Positions 32,313 through 45,786 of a DNA stretch of 64,000 bases are shown here, piece after piece. How positions within the stretch are numbered: the stretch's first letter is position 1; the number at the start of each line of letters is the position of its first letter. The stretch is from the NCBI GenBank assembly GCA_973851085.1, contig OZ316775.1:4092001-4156000 (forward strand), in the 5' to 3' direction. This DNA is from Ptychomitrium polyphyllum. Lineage: Eukaryota. Under the pieces are notes generated by a model that saw nothing but the letters and a program-made list of their open reading frames with translations, did no database searches and was not told the origin of the DNA. Position numbers and translations under genes: made by a program.

Positions 32313-35300
32313 TTGCTTACCATGTAAATCTCTTTAATTAGCATTATATAACTTCTATCTGTACAAATCATTTACAAACTTAATTAAATACTTTCAGCTT
32401 TCACGTATGCCAGGGTATATGATCCACTTGGGTGTTCTAAGGCTCTGTCTACCACGTGTTTCACAGGCCCTTTCTTGCGAACGTATAAGACTTATATGCC
32501 AATACATGGATGACTAGATCGTCGCAAGCTGTGAGGTTTTGTTTATGGTTATGCTGCAGGTCTTTTCTACATTTGGGAAAGTGTAAAAAGAAAACGTGCC
32601 CAATCGTGCTACTTTGAGCTACCGATTCCAAGGGTCCCACCACTCCCCAAACAGACTCCGATGGCTCTGAGCGGGTCTATCTGACGAATTTCTATAACCT
32701 GGAAACACATTTTCATGCATATCGGACTTTCCACTACATTCTGTCTAAGTTTCAATGGAGCGGGAGTAGAATGGTTGGGTAGGCCATTCCTCCTTCTCCG
32801 TCAATTTCTGAACAAATCTAGGACGTACAGGACGCAAAAGGAATATAGCAGAAAACCCACATGCAAACAAGCTCAAAGATTCCAGTATCGGATACACGTC
32901 CTCACTGATTCACATAAGCCTCTATGCTATGATTTATTACAGTGCAGGATTCATTCACAAATACATGTCACTAAACTAATCATTGAGAATTACTTAAGAG
33001 CATACGAGTGTACATATGGGCTCATGTTACCTCAGATAAGGTGAAAAACTGAGCGTTACACATAAATATGATCACGCAACACATGATCGAGCCTGTATCA
33101 TAACACATTTTCCTAATAAAATTGATATCAACTTCTAGGAACAGACAGGGTAACGACAATCCCATTACTCTTGTGATTACGAAATGCGTACCTACATAAA
33201 CTTGAAGAGATCGATATTTTGCAGAATCCTTCCCAGGCCGGTAGTTGTTGTTTCCTGAGTGCACGTTTGTAAGGCAAAGACAGGAATAGAGAGAGGGTTT
33301 ACCGTAACACAGGCCAGCATTGAAAGCAATGTAATATATATAATCCATACAATATTACATTGTTCCAGAAACATCATGAAGTTGGAAACCCCAGCATGCA
33401 GCCACCCAATGCGTGTTGTGTGCCAGGTTAAGCCCTCTCCCCTACTCCTCACTTTGACGTCAAAATAAGAGAAACCACCAAATGCTCTCGCCACAATTCC
33501 TCCATTTGATAGGCAACAAAGCGCTTCCTTCCAATGGCACTCCTAGCACTATTTCCCTCTCTGATCTCAATGTTACTCTAAAAACGATGAACTCTTTGTT
33601 CTGGTTAAGTATGTCCCAAGCAAGAAGCCGGAATCTGAGGAGTGAGAAGGGGGTGTGAAGACTTGACCTTAAAGAAACTCTTCACGTTACGCACAGAGCT
33701 GAGGAAAGCCAAGTAGAGCTGGCGTAAAGGTGTGAGACCCCAAATTCATGATTGCCGAACTAGCTCTCCTTGTGCCCTATATACTGAACAGTCCGTGTAG
33801 AGCCACCATTAGAACACGCAAGATCCCCTACTCATCACCGTCTAAAGAGTTCCTGAAGCCCAAGCGTTTCACAACTGACCAGCTCCACCATGCGTAACAA
33901 AATATGGTACCTTTAGAGCATGAAGCACATCCGCGCCGACACGACAAGAAAACCCTGCTTGCAGTGGAAATCCAAAGCGACACGATAAGACCTGCTTAAC
34001 GACAAGGTGAGACCTGTTGAACTTATGGCAAACGGTTTCAGAAGCTGCAAAGGCTGCTGACGATGAGATGAGATGAGATGAGAAGAAGGGTGGAGGACCA
34101 AGTATCAATTTATGGACATCTACAACTGGGTCCTCCTTGGCATCCGATCCCGCAAGATTCATCTTCATGGTAAAGCTGTAACATGGGATCAAATCCCATC
34201 TGCTAACACTAACCCTGTTGTGAATTAGTGTAACCGAGTATATAGCAAGATCCAAATTGTATGTTCCTGTTCCCTTCATCAGTGATGAGACAAGAGTTCA
34301 TTGAGAAGGAGTGTAAGTTGTATGTGGACCGACATTCTTCTACAGTATCATGGTGAATCATAGTCCGGTGAGGGGCCGGGGACTCAATAATTCACTACAT
34401 AAGGCTCACTCTGAGTCACTGAAGAGCCTGTTGGCCCTTTTGATGTACAACGATGGGATCGAAGAAGTAAAAGTTAGCCCAATAAGTTGTGTGAACTTAT
34501 TATTTGCTGTTAGTTGCCTAGGTGTATGAATCTTTAGCTTGGAAGCAGGAAAAGCAGCTCTTGAACAAGGGCCTGGCTAAGTCCACGTGTACACAAGGCC
34601 TCAAATTAAGGCATTATTGATGAGGATGAGAGCAACGAAAGATTTAAACTCGAAAAAACTTCACACAAAACATGACACCGCACACAAAAGCTACACGACA
34701 TGTCAATACTGAAGATTATTTAGACTGGAGTGTTCAAACTTGTAGATATTGACAGTGTTGGATACGATGACGCTTTTTTGGGTACTAGCTTGTGAGTGTG
34801 GACAAATTTTTGAAAAATTACTTGAAGACAGGTTCTTGAATCTGAGTCCAGCGAAGCGAACGCGGTTTGACAACACGATAGCGAATTGGAACGCGTCAAC
34901 TGTCAGAGAGGGCTCGAAATGGAAACATCCTTTTTGGGGCGGCACATTGTCCAGGCGTTGACATTCGCTACATTCCTTGACGAGTCACGACTCTCGAAGT
35001 GCGCTGCATTTTAGGGTCTGACTCTTCAGCTTCCTTAGATTTGATCCACCTCAAAGAACATTCTACCCCTAAGTGACTCTAACTGAGTTTCATTCGACTT
35101 TCAAGCTTTTTACTAAACATATTCTGGATGGGTGTGAAGTGTCCAACGAGTTAACACACTTCTATGTAAGTTCCTGAAGGGCCGGAGAAGGTGAATGTAC
35201 CTACAGTACCTCCACATCTGTATCATTACTGAGGTAGATACCTTAACTTTACCTCCTACTGATCTGGTTCTTCGCTGTGATCAAGGTAACATTGTCGGCA

Positions 35301-35599
35301 TTTCGAGACGATATGCAATATGCCATTTCGAGGTTGGTTAGTTGGTACAGAGAGTAATATTTCAAAATCGCTCGGTGGCTCCAAAAGAATCTCTTTAGTT
35401 TCAAAGTTGACGGTTTTACGTTGGTTTGGAAGAAGTTTTCGGAAGTGCTCTCCAATAGTTTAGCGGCCTTCCCACTACTGACTGTTAAACAGGATCCAGT
35501 GATTTGTTCCGGATGTGGTTGCATATCCTTTCTTGTTATGAGTAAAGTCACCGCGACAGCTTCACCTCTGTGATTTTACACCGCGAGGAAGAATCAATC

Positions 35600-38500
35600 C
35601 TTACACTTGTATTTTCTTAAATAGAAGTGCTGGATTGCTTTCTTTTTATCATCATTTTCTTGGACTCATGGAGCTTACATGTGGTTACCTTCTAATTTCG
35701 TTTTGTTCTCAAAATTGTCTTCTTTATCTCTTCCACCCACAATGCCACTAAGTCTAAGAAGTCATATTTTTTGAAACCTCAGGAATAACTATTTGTAAAA
35801 TTTAGCAATAACCATCACAATTGGAAAAGGAAGGCTGTCACATTTTCACGTACCACACCTATCACTTTCTAATATACCAATTCCGAAAACGCTCAATGAA
35901 AACAACTCAAAAAAAGCATATATAAAGTCATTTAATGAAAAAGGAAAAATCTATTACAAAAGCAATTCAAAGCAACATCCATTACACAAAACTATAAGCC
36001 TATGACAAGCAAGAGCTAAGACAATTCGTTTCAAGAACTTAACAATATCTATTACAATTTTTAAAAATACACATTATAATTAAGATTTCATTACTGGTTG
36101 TTTTAAATATAAAAATATCTATCATAATTCAATACAATAATATATATTATGGTTGTTTCACCATCTTTCTATTATAGACATATATTACATGCAACATAAT
36201 TTCTAAAAACCTTCTGGTAGCATCTAATATATTCCAAAAATCCTTTAATAGTTTCCAATAAATTCTAGTAGATTTTAGTGGTTATTTGTAACCTTCTAAT
36301 AGCTTTTATAGCCTTCTACCTACCTTAAAAACTTCTTAGGAAGGTTCTATAGACTTTTAAAATATTCTATAGCTTTATGATAAGCTCTTTTAGAAATATC
36401 TTAAAAGACATAGGCCTTTTAGTATATATAAAAGGCAAAATGAAATACACGTCAATTTTGCCAATACAAATTGTAGAGCATATGCATGGTCTTGCTTTCC
36501 ATCTAGTTCTCACACCAATTCTTATTATATAGACTCTCATTAGAAGCTAATTTTTTAAATCATTTCTTTATGAAATTCCATGTTTCTTTGGTTCTTAGTA
36601 TTTTCTAAATAAACATGTCTATTGATTTGTTTCTTCACTAAATAAGCTTCATGCATATTAAATGAAAATATTTCTTAACCTATTTGAATATATAAAAAAA
36701 AATCTAATATATTTTAAGAAAATTAACAAGATTTGTCTAATAAAATTATATACTATTATAAAACTATTGATATATATATATATATACATATACATACATA
36801 TACACGTAAATAAATCAAGGTCATAATGATTTGCAATAACCTATATTAATATGCTAATTCATCATAAATTCAAAAGAGTCTATTCAATAAGGTGCCTTTT
36901 AAATAACTTTAAAAATAAAATAAAACCAAGGCACAAATCAAAAAGAATATGGTCATCATTGGAAGCAAAATAAAATTATATAATTGATGAAGCCACATGG
37001 ATGCAAAGAAAATATAGTGAATACCAGAATAATTTAATCAATAAATTTAAATTCTTAATGGAAAACTATAAGACTAGACTTTATACTTAGAATTGGCAAT
37101 TTAATGAAAGAAAAGTTATTATAATGATGGAAACATTGCACACACAAGCTAAGGAAAAAAAAACTAAGACTAAAACTTTATATTGAAGAAAGATAAGTAG
37201 AAAAAGATTTTGGAATTCAAAAATATAAAGATAAAATTAAAAGATGACAAAGCAAAAGAAGAAAACAAATATTTATACCTCTTTGATATTAAAATAAAAA
37301 CAAAAAAGAATTGTGTTGAAAGATAAGAACCAAGATAATATTAAATCATGGATAGTAATATAAAAGAGCTCTTGAAAATTAGTCTTGTTATTAATAAGGT
37401 AAGATAATGGCATTTGTGCCTCTTCAAAGAACCTTTGGTGATGCACCTTATGTTTTTAGAATGAAGTAGAATCAAGATATATTAAAGATCTTTAAAACTA
37501 TTCTATAATCATTTAGATACTATTGTCTTAATGTGCATTTTAATTCTAGATGAATCTTACAACATTTTATAGGAATCTTGCCTTTGGCAAAATAAAATAC
37601 AAAAATAAATTTTGATAATCAAGGTTTAAAAAAAATCACTATATTGTAAGAATAAAAATATAAAAAGAAACTTGCAACTTCATATGTAACAAAGATACCT
37701 TATTAATGAAGAAGTCAATATTTTATAGTGAAGAAAGGTGATGTGTTAATAAAAACTTAATTCTTATGATTGTAGTATCAAATTTGTTATATATGTCAAG
37801 CTTTATTCACACAAGAAATCTAAAATGTAGAAGCTAATGTACATTGGGATGATTCCACAAGGAATTGATAGAGAAAATAAGGCCATGAAGGTCTAAAGAA
37901 ATCGAAATGCTATCAAAAAGGTAATAACTTTAGTAGTGGTGCCAATCCAAGGGGCCATACTAAATCGCCAATTGAAGGTTGTCCTTCCTTTGGAAAATCA
38001 TACTTGCATCTAGGATTTGTTTTTTATTAGGTGGATTTTTTATGGCTAAATTTAAAGCCTTAGAAATAAATTCAAGGCCATGAGATGCTAAATTTGAAAA
38101 CTAATTGTATATTGGATGTGCATGCTTAGACAAATGATTTATAAAAAGGATTAAAAACAATGAATTAATCTAAGTAGACATAAAGTAATTTTAAATGCTA
38201 CACCAAACCTAACAAGATGTCATTTGAAGCCATAAGAAATTATTAAATGGTTTAATAACAAACAAAGAGTTGATTTCAATTTTAAAGATGATGAAGGTTA
38301 CACCCTTATTATCCACCAATAATCTTAGCTTTTAAGAGTGGCTTTCTTGAATCTAATGAAAGCTTTAAAACTATCAATATCAATATTGAACCAAAGATTC
38401 CTTGATTAGTTACAAATTGCATTTGTACTTAAGTACATCTTTCCTAGTGTAAAATACTTTATTGTTTTCAATGCTAATGATTTGCATTAATTTATACTTA

Positions 38501-38600
38501 TTTTTAATTAACTAATTTTTAATTATTCAAAATTCTTTTGATATTGTGTCCTTGTTGTGATGGTGTATTGCATGGTTGGTCTCATAATGGTTAGGTGATT
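35600..38600. mobile_element. Second AT-rich, CpG-depleted decayed island with a (TA)n/TACA tract and faint chromodomain- and ankyrin-like relics
   Basis: Compositional shift; TTCTAG/TTCTAT-rich tract at 36200-36400; broken + strand peptides KEY..HWK..IDEATW (~36940-37000) and EIIKWFNNKQRVDFNFKDDEGYTL (~38236-38310). Confidence 0.35.
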
Positions 38601-40994
38601 ACAATGAACCTCAGTCATATAAATCAATAGTACATAGGAATCTACTCACTATTGGTTTTCATAAAAGGGGTTTCAATTACCGGACATAATGGGGATGCCA
38701 ATCACCACAACAATGAGCACAGTGATGACGGAGATGTTTGATGTTTCAAGCCTACGTAAAGAAAAGCTTGATCAAGAGTCGATCCGGCATCTATGGAAGA
38801 ATCACGAAAGGTCTCTGATCTCTGTAGAAGTGACTTCTCGAACTGCCCATCGCTGTGAGGTTCAGAGGAAGAAGTAAAAACAGATAAACCCTTCCTCCTC
38901 TGATCCCTTGGTAGTGGAGATTGAAGGTATACTCGAAGCTCGCAGCTTGCTATACGAGTCCTCGTTGACCTTGCCGACTTCTGTGGACAGGGTCTGGATC
39001 TGCGAAGCGCTACGAGCCGCTAGTGGTAAGAGAAAACATCAAGACAAAAAAGATGAGCATCACTCTAAGTTCTGAAGATGGTTTATTCTCTGCCACCAGT
39101 TCTCCATCTCCTGTTGACGGGGGAGTACCCTCTCCAAGGGCTTGCTGTGCGGATCGACTGAAAGAAAGCGGCTTGACTACACGAGACAGTTTATGGCGAA
39201 AGGCTCAGGACTCAGTAAAGTTGTACAGTCTCTAGCTCGCCTTAACTGCACTATAGCCAACCTAGACAGGTCCTAGAAGAAAGTGGAGGACAAGGACACT
39301 GGTTGGTGCATTGTCATCTGTAGGGCACACTCAGGTCAGGGATGTCCATGGGATCAATTAGGCAGCTATCCAGTTCACTTGGAGGATTGGATGCACATCA
39401 AATTATGTAGATGTGGTCACTTCCGAAAGGAGAAATTCTTCGACGACAAGTAAAACCATGAGCTTGGAACCTTTCAAAGATGTGAAGAACCCGCTTCAGA
39501 CAATACCATGAGTTTATTCCAGTTTAACTCTCGAGTGAATTTTGAGGGAGGCATCTGGAGTTTCAAAGTTTGATGGAGCTTTCAGAGTGTAGCTCGTGGT
39601 TTCAGAGTATTAGACATTGTGGACAGTGGAGTTGATTCTATTTGAAATTGTGGTTTTGAGGAACCAGTGCGTTATGCAACAGAATAAAATGCCTGTAACG
39701 GCCAAAACGGTGTTCTTCTGCAACCATCATAGCGAAGTATTTGTAGTTACTTCGTCGTAGAAGCGGCTGTGACTGATGAAAGTTTTCTCTTTTCTAATGA
39801 ACACCTACACATATAAAACTGGCAGCACATTTGAACATGTTCAACCACTCTATGGACATTCCATTGTGACAAACAAATTTTGAGGCTCATTCTAGAATAC
39901 AATCAGGCACTTAATTTAGCTCTTGGTTTCATGAGTTTGACTATTCTTTTCGGAATGGTACCAGACAGAGAGAAGGCATACAAAGAATGAGGTGACGAGA
40001 TTGTCAAGAACTCCACCACAATGTCAAGATTCATGCAGCTGACCGCATTAGTACTCCCTACAACTTGTCAAGTATCACATTGCTATGTAATGAATATCGA
40101 CTCAAACCAGGTGTTGAGCTAAAAATCTGAAGTCCATGGTGGACAGAGCCTTCTAATATCAAAATATATATGTCATACTCAAATCAAAAAGACCAGGATT
40201 ACACTTCTGTGATATTTATTACTTCATACAACAGTAACGCGACTGGTGACTGTCGACTACAATTCTCTGCAGCTCTAGCAACTGATTAGAGTTTGAAAAT
40301 TTTGTTTGCCAGATCTCATCTGCCTGGCATTGTGAGCGCCATGGTTTTGTAGAGGCGAGGTTCAGATTTGCCTACTCTTTTCCGAAGCATTGGAAGGTGG
40401 CAGCAACGTATTGGAGGGCAAAACGCTGCCTACTCAATCTTTCAGGTGATGATACTGCCAATGAGTTCCTCTGTAACGTGGAAGAGACCTGGTAGGTTTT
40501 TGTTCTGCGAAGTCATATCAGAGGCACTACTGTAGCTCTCGGATGGTGCACAAAATGAACAACAACACAATACATGACCAAATATTTTAATTGTCAAACA
40601 TCTTAAAAGAATCAAAACTATTGTAAACAGAATGTAAATAGAGAACTATTCTAAACTATTCTAAACAGAATGTAAACAGAATACTAAATAGAGTACTGCT
40701 ACAATCTTGGACGTGCAGTAGCGCTGCTTCTTAAAACTGCATTGAAACAAGTCTTAGTGCTACTGAAGTGCAACTGACACTTCTGGTAAGACAATTTTGC
40801 TACAATTAGAAAAATATTAGAAGCAAAAAACTAAAGAAACTTTGAGCATATCCTGACTCACGTGCCATTCAGTATGGTAAGAAACCTTTTGCCATGAGTG
40901 ACATTCACGAGAAACATTAGCATGTGTATAAGTACGCACCCACAGACACCACTGCTGGACACACCATATGTGCAGAGCTAAAATTGAACTTGAG

Positions 40995-42374
40995 TTACTG
41001 CTCCACGTTAGCCTTAAATTCCTGCTCCGCCTCGGCCTTCAACTTCTCTTCCACCTCAGCCCTCCATCGCAGGATAAATTCCTCGTTAATCTTAGCAATT
41101 CCTTCCTTTTCCACTCTTTCCTTTAATTCCTGCTCCTGTGCTTGTTGCTCCTTACTTAGTTTAGTGAAAAGATAGCCCAGAATTTGACTAGAGGAAGGTC
41201 TCGCCTCAGGACTGGACTGCCAACACCAATTCAGTAGTTGACGGGCCCACTCATCAACATATCCAGGCACCTCTGGACGATTTCCATTGAGGACAAAATC
41301 ATAATCATTCCCCCAATGACCTTCAAAAGGGAGTTTCCCTGTCAAAACCTCGTAACAAACCATCCCAAAACCATATGCATCTCCAGCCTTTGTAAATACT
41401 TGTTGGTTTCGATTTACACTACCATCTTTGCAAGCGTGCAATACTTCGGGTGCCCTAAAGAGTCCTGTCCCTACAACCCCAATGGAACATTCAAAGTCTG
41501 CTATGTAATATAAATAGAATTCTTGATCCCCACGAACCTTGCGAGATACAAGCACATTAGATGCTTTGAGATCTCTATGAACAATGTCACGTGTATGCAG
41601 CCAATTCAACCCAAGTGCAAGCATGTACAAAACGTCAACAAGTTCTTCCTCTTCTAGGAATGGTCCATGATCTTGGCTAGCTCTCGATGTCATCCTGCGG
41701 TCAATGAAACTTCTCAAATCTTCATCTTCCTTTCGCATTATGAATGCAAATCTGCCATCTTCCAACAGCGTCCCAAAGATTACATCATAAACGTACGTTA
41801 TCATGAAATGCTTATCAAGCTTGGTTAGTTCCACCGCCTGAGCTTGGTGTTGCAAGAATCCTTTGGGCCAATGTAATTGTAAATGTTTCAAGGAAGTTCC
41901 CTTCCTAAACACCTTGACAACGTGCTTACGTTTATACTCCAAATCTTGCTCATTCTTTTCTGGAGTACTCCATCTGATCTGGGCATGATAGAGCTCTGCC
42001 TGGCCGCCCTCCGCAAACTTCTCGCCCACCACCAACGATCTGCCATGACCTTCACCGAACGGCATAAAGAAACCACCCCACTTGGGATGCGTTTGGAGAG
42101 CCTTGAAAACTTCCACGTTACTGATCTCTGCCACTTCGTCTTCGTCAGAATCCCACTCCCCTAGCTCGCTCCAGTGGATCTTGGAACGTTCAATCTGTTC
42201 CTCAATACTAGTGCTTGCCGAAAGGAACGGTGGACAATCTGAGGTAATCGCATGATCAGATTCAGGTACAGGAGCTGTGGCATATCCTAAGGACTCGGTA
42301 GCTGCAACCATCGTTCGAGAGTCTGCACAATCCAATTCTTTCGACTTGCGGGAGCATGCGCTTGAGCTTGCCAT
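40995..42374 (-). CDS. Intronless protein kinase (TKL-like) with C-terminal coiled coil
   Basis: KFAEGGQAELY, HVVKVF, IVHRDLKASNVL, IADFE, VGTGLFRAPE, GDAYGFGMVCYEVLTGKLPF, CWQSSPEARPS in one uninterrupted ORF. Confidence 0.88.
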   Translation of the reverse strand: MASSSACSRKSKELDCADSRTMVAATESLGYATAPVPESDHAITSDCPPFLSASTSIEEQIERSKIHWSELGEWDSDEDEVAEISNVEVFKALQTHPKWGGFFMPFGEGHGRSLVVGEKFAEGGQAELYHAQIRWSTPEKNEQDLEYKRKHVVKVFRKGTSLKHLQLHWPKGFLQHQAQAVELTKLDKHFMITYVYDVIFGTLLEDGRFAFIMRKEDEDLRSFIDRRMTSRASQDHGPFLEEEELVDVLYMLALGLNWLHTRDIVHRDLKASNVLVSRKVRGDQEFYLYYIADFECSIGVVGTGLFRAPEVLHACKDGSVNRNQQVFTKAGDAYGFGMVCYEVLTGKLPFEGHWGNDYDFVLNGNRPEVPGYVDEWARQLLNWCWQSSPEARPSSSQILGYLFTKLSKEQQAQEQELKERVEKEGIAKINEEFILRWRAEVEEKLKAEAEQEFKANVEQ

Positions 42375-43054
42375 CACTACTTGCACTGTTGCTCTTGTTG
42401 CGCTGGAACTAGTTCACACTGGTCACTCTGTAATCAAAGTTTGGGCAAGGGTGTTGCTTCACAACGTAAGCTCAAAAATCCAGCAATAAGGGAGATGCAC
42501 ACATGCTGCACATCTTAGAAAGCACTTGCAAGTGGAAAGATAATTTAGAGGCTGGAAATAATTCAGTAGTGACGAGCAGATGGGTGAGGAGATAGGTAGG
42601 AAAGGACTACAAGATAGAGATTCAGTAAAGGACAACCATGTTTAAGGAAATCCAGAGAAGTGAAAGAACTTCACCAGATGTGGGTTGCGAACCACACACG
42701 TCTGCAAGATGAGAGATTTTGCAGATTCCGTTGGAGAGATATCACCCTTTGAAGGTTATTGAGTGTGGGTCACGACGTCACGTCTGAGGCTGCAGACTTC
42801 TTATTTAGCCAGGGCGTAAGCTCCAATCAATTTGATACAAAGATGCCACAGCGCAAAACCCCAAAAGTACGATGTAGGTGCGCATGAGTCCTTATCTATT
42901 TGGTATAAATGCAATACTTCTAGACTTTTTTATGCTGCTGCAAAAGATTTTGACCTTTTATTAGGTGTTTGGTTCTTGAAATAATTGTCCAAGTATTGTA
43001 TTGTCATCCATTGAATTCCCATAGACTCCCGGATTACACGCTGCAATTCTGGTG

Positions 43055-43375
43055 CAGACACATTTGCTACAACTGCAAAATATCAAAAGCAGAAATCAAC
43101 TGAAATTTTAAACATCCCCCATTCACATGGCGTCCAGCATTTCGGAAATCCTTCGTCATGAGCGACATTCACGAGAAATATTAGTAAGAATGCACCCACA
43201 GAAACCACTACTAAACTAATCATACGAGCAAAGCGCTTAAATTAAGTCTGACACTCACGATCCTTCAGGGTAAAAATTTGCCTCTCGACTTCGTTGTCCC
43301 TCACTGAGCTACCATTTCATTCTTGGCTGGGATTGGTCTCCCTCCTTTAGTATTCTTCAGATAAAATCCAGTGTG
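43055..43375 (-). pseudogene. Diverged relic of the 3' end/3' UTR of a tandem paralog of the neighbouring kinase
   Basis: Colinear similarity to 40790-41100, e.g. CATGAGYGACATTCACGAGAAAYATTAG, GCACCCACAGAMACCACT and TTTGCTACAA occur in both. Confidence 0.6.
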
Positions 43376-45024
43376 TTGTGCAGAGCGTCAGGAGTATCTT
43401 TATCTTCCGAGAGATGACTAGAAAATGGTCCATTAATAGGGGATCGATTTCACACAAGATTAAAAATGTCACTTTCAGCTACATTATTTTGACTGTTTCA
43501 GATAATCAGTGTTGAAATTCATTAGACAACACTAGGACATTAGCAAGTAGAGTGGCCATTTTAACGAACCAAAACAGAGGTGCACCATGTTGATCCCCTA
43601 CTTTGCACTAGGCCTTTACCCATCTGCAGCAGAATCCCCACTGTCACCCAGCTGGGAACGCTTATAGTATTTCCAGGAAGTCTCCGGGTATTGCCCATAG
43701 GACCGCCTGCCTATCGTCAGCCCTAGATCCGCCGGATCCTTCAACGACTTCACCCGTTCCATCACTCACACACTAATGAGACTCCTCTTTCAGTAATATT
43801 CCCGATAGATCGACCAGTATGAATGATCGTCTTAAACTGCAGCTGTAGCAAGTCCCTGGAATTATACTACTGTACTTCTCATTGCACCGCCCTAGTCATA
43901 AAACGCCTTGCTACTCCTGGAATTAGCACAGGAGAAAGACCTCAGCTTGAGCATTTCAACATACCAGATTGGTACTAGCTACAGAATCTGATCAACTGCA
44001 CTAATGATTCAGCTACCGTAACTCACACCATGATAGTAACTTAGTATACGCTTCCTAGCAACTCCACATACGAGAGGACTAAGTACTTTGCTAAATGGAG
44101 CTAGCTGGTGTTGCAAATCGATCAAGTGGTCCAGGTGATGTTATGCCAGAGATATTGAGGGATGGGAAAACAACGCCTGGAGAAGCAGTTGTGAGACGGT
44201 GCCGACGAGGAAACGCCCTGCTGTGCCATCCGCAGTCAACAGTCCAGGATAGATAGGTGTGACCCTGGACACTTGGACTCCTATTTCCAGATGATTCATC
44301 CGTGCAAGTATTCTGGTGGAAGAAGCTGTCTTCTGTAGTTAATGGCTCTTTAGCTTCACCTCAAGTTAACTGTGACTCGGTTATAACCTGACCTGTAAGT
44401 CACCTCATTATCCTCCTGTTTACGACAGCGGTCCGAACGTCGAGACTACAGTGGAGCAGGAATAATGACTACAAGTGTTTATTTGATGAAACCTGTTGAA
44501 CTCAGAAGTCAGAAGGATCAAAATTCACGATTTGTTTGTTGGTTAGCTCATAAGCTGAAGGCTCAAGGCCAGATAAACTGTGATCTCAGTATCTAACCAA
44601 CTGACTGAGATCAATTGTGATCCAGTGCAAAAGAAAAGCCTTGACTGAATCGTTTAAACTACAGGACCATTGCAAATCACCCGTCACAACGGGCAGATTA
44701 CAAGGGCGAAGCTCAAAACATACCATAAGTTCCAATGACTAGCTGAGGATTTCGATGGGCATGGATAGTGGTGCAAGAACCAGCAAAAATAATGACGCCA
44801 TGTTCAGACTTAAGATCTCACACAAAAGATCATCTGAGCCTTCAAGACTTTGACCCTCCTCCAAGCTGTAAAGCAAAGAGCAACTTGCATTCCTGTTCCT
44901 TTCCAGAATTCATGAGCATACGTACTAGCGATTCGTTTCTCAGAGGTTTGAAGCGTGGTAAAAAGTTTTGATGAGAAATGATTTGTATGGATGAGAACCA
45001 TTCCCTCAAAGTAGGAAGGACAGG

Positions 45025-45159
45025 GATGAGTCAGGTGGTAAGTTGACAATGAATCTCCCCATTCTCCATTCTCCAGAAATTCTCAACCTCCAAGAATGGG
45101 CCAAGTCTTGGAGAACGGAGAATGGGAAGATTCATAGGCAACCTGTCACCTTACTCATC
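45025..45159. repeat. Imperfect inverted repeat (fold-back) with ~50-bp arms; pre-miRNA or MITE-relic candidate
   Basis: Left arm GATGAGTCAGGTGGTAAGTTGACAATGAATCTCCCCATTCTCCATTCTCCA versus reverse complement of right arm GATGAGTAAGGTGACAGGTTGCCTATGAATCTTCCCATTCTCCGTTCTCCA. Confidence 0.8.
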
Positions 45160-45786
45160 TGTATTCCTCCAAAGTCACATAGATGGTAGGAAATCTATAC
45201 TTCACCTGTTGTGGACTAATCCAAAAAAAGCATAAAAATGTAATAAAGACCTAGAACCAACTTAGCAGATCAACAATCTTCACACCAACTCATATCAGAT
45301 GCACGTCAGATACAGTATGTAGAGATAGCCGTTCTTATGTTTAGATCAATTTGAGAGAAGTTTGGAAAAAGTAGATACGGTGATTCTCACACTGACATGC
45401 GAAATATAAAATAACCCAACAGAGCTTCACAACCTTAAAATACAGTTGAGGATCTTGTCAAAACCCATCATTTCATTGAGATTGCCAAGGAATTTAGCGA
45501 CGATCTTTCCTAAGTATCTACATCAGGGTTCCCAAAATCAGGTTTCTGCATTGCAGACAGACAGCAAAAGTCCGATAGAAAGAAAGACGGAAAGAGAATT
45601 TAGGATAATACTATATACGGAAATAAAGGGGTAGGGAAGTTTCTGAGTTCCCACAGCAGGTGACACAATCTTGAAAAACGTACCACTTGCCCAAGATATG
45701 TGCTTCCGAAATCCTGTTATAGCGTTGGGCTGCAACAGAGTGCAGTAGGATCAGAAAACGCTCCATCAAGAGAGGACTGAAAGAGC

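Noticed and set aside
38690..39300. GC-normal block with exon-like minus-strand frames
   Set aside because: No recognisable domain or consistent start; cannot support a gene call.
40620..40695. Degenerate TAAACAGAATG / AACTATTCTA duplications
   Set aside because: Ordinary slippage repeats in the 3' flank of the kinase.
43400..44500. Coding-like composition upstream of the kinase relic
   Set aside because: All frames I read are interrupted and I recognised no motif.
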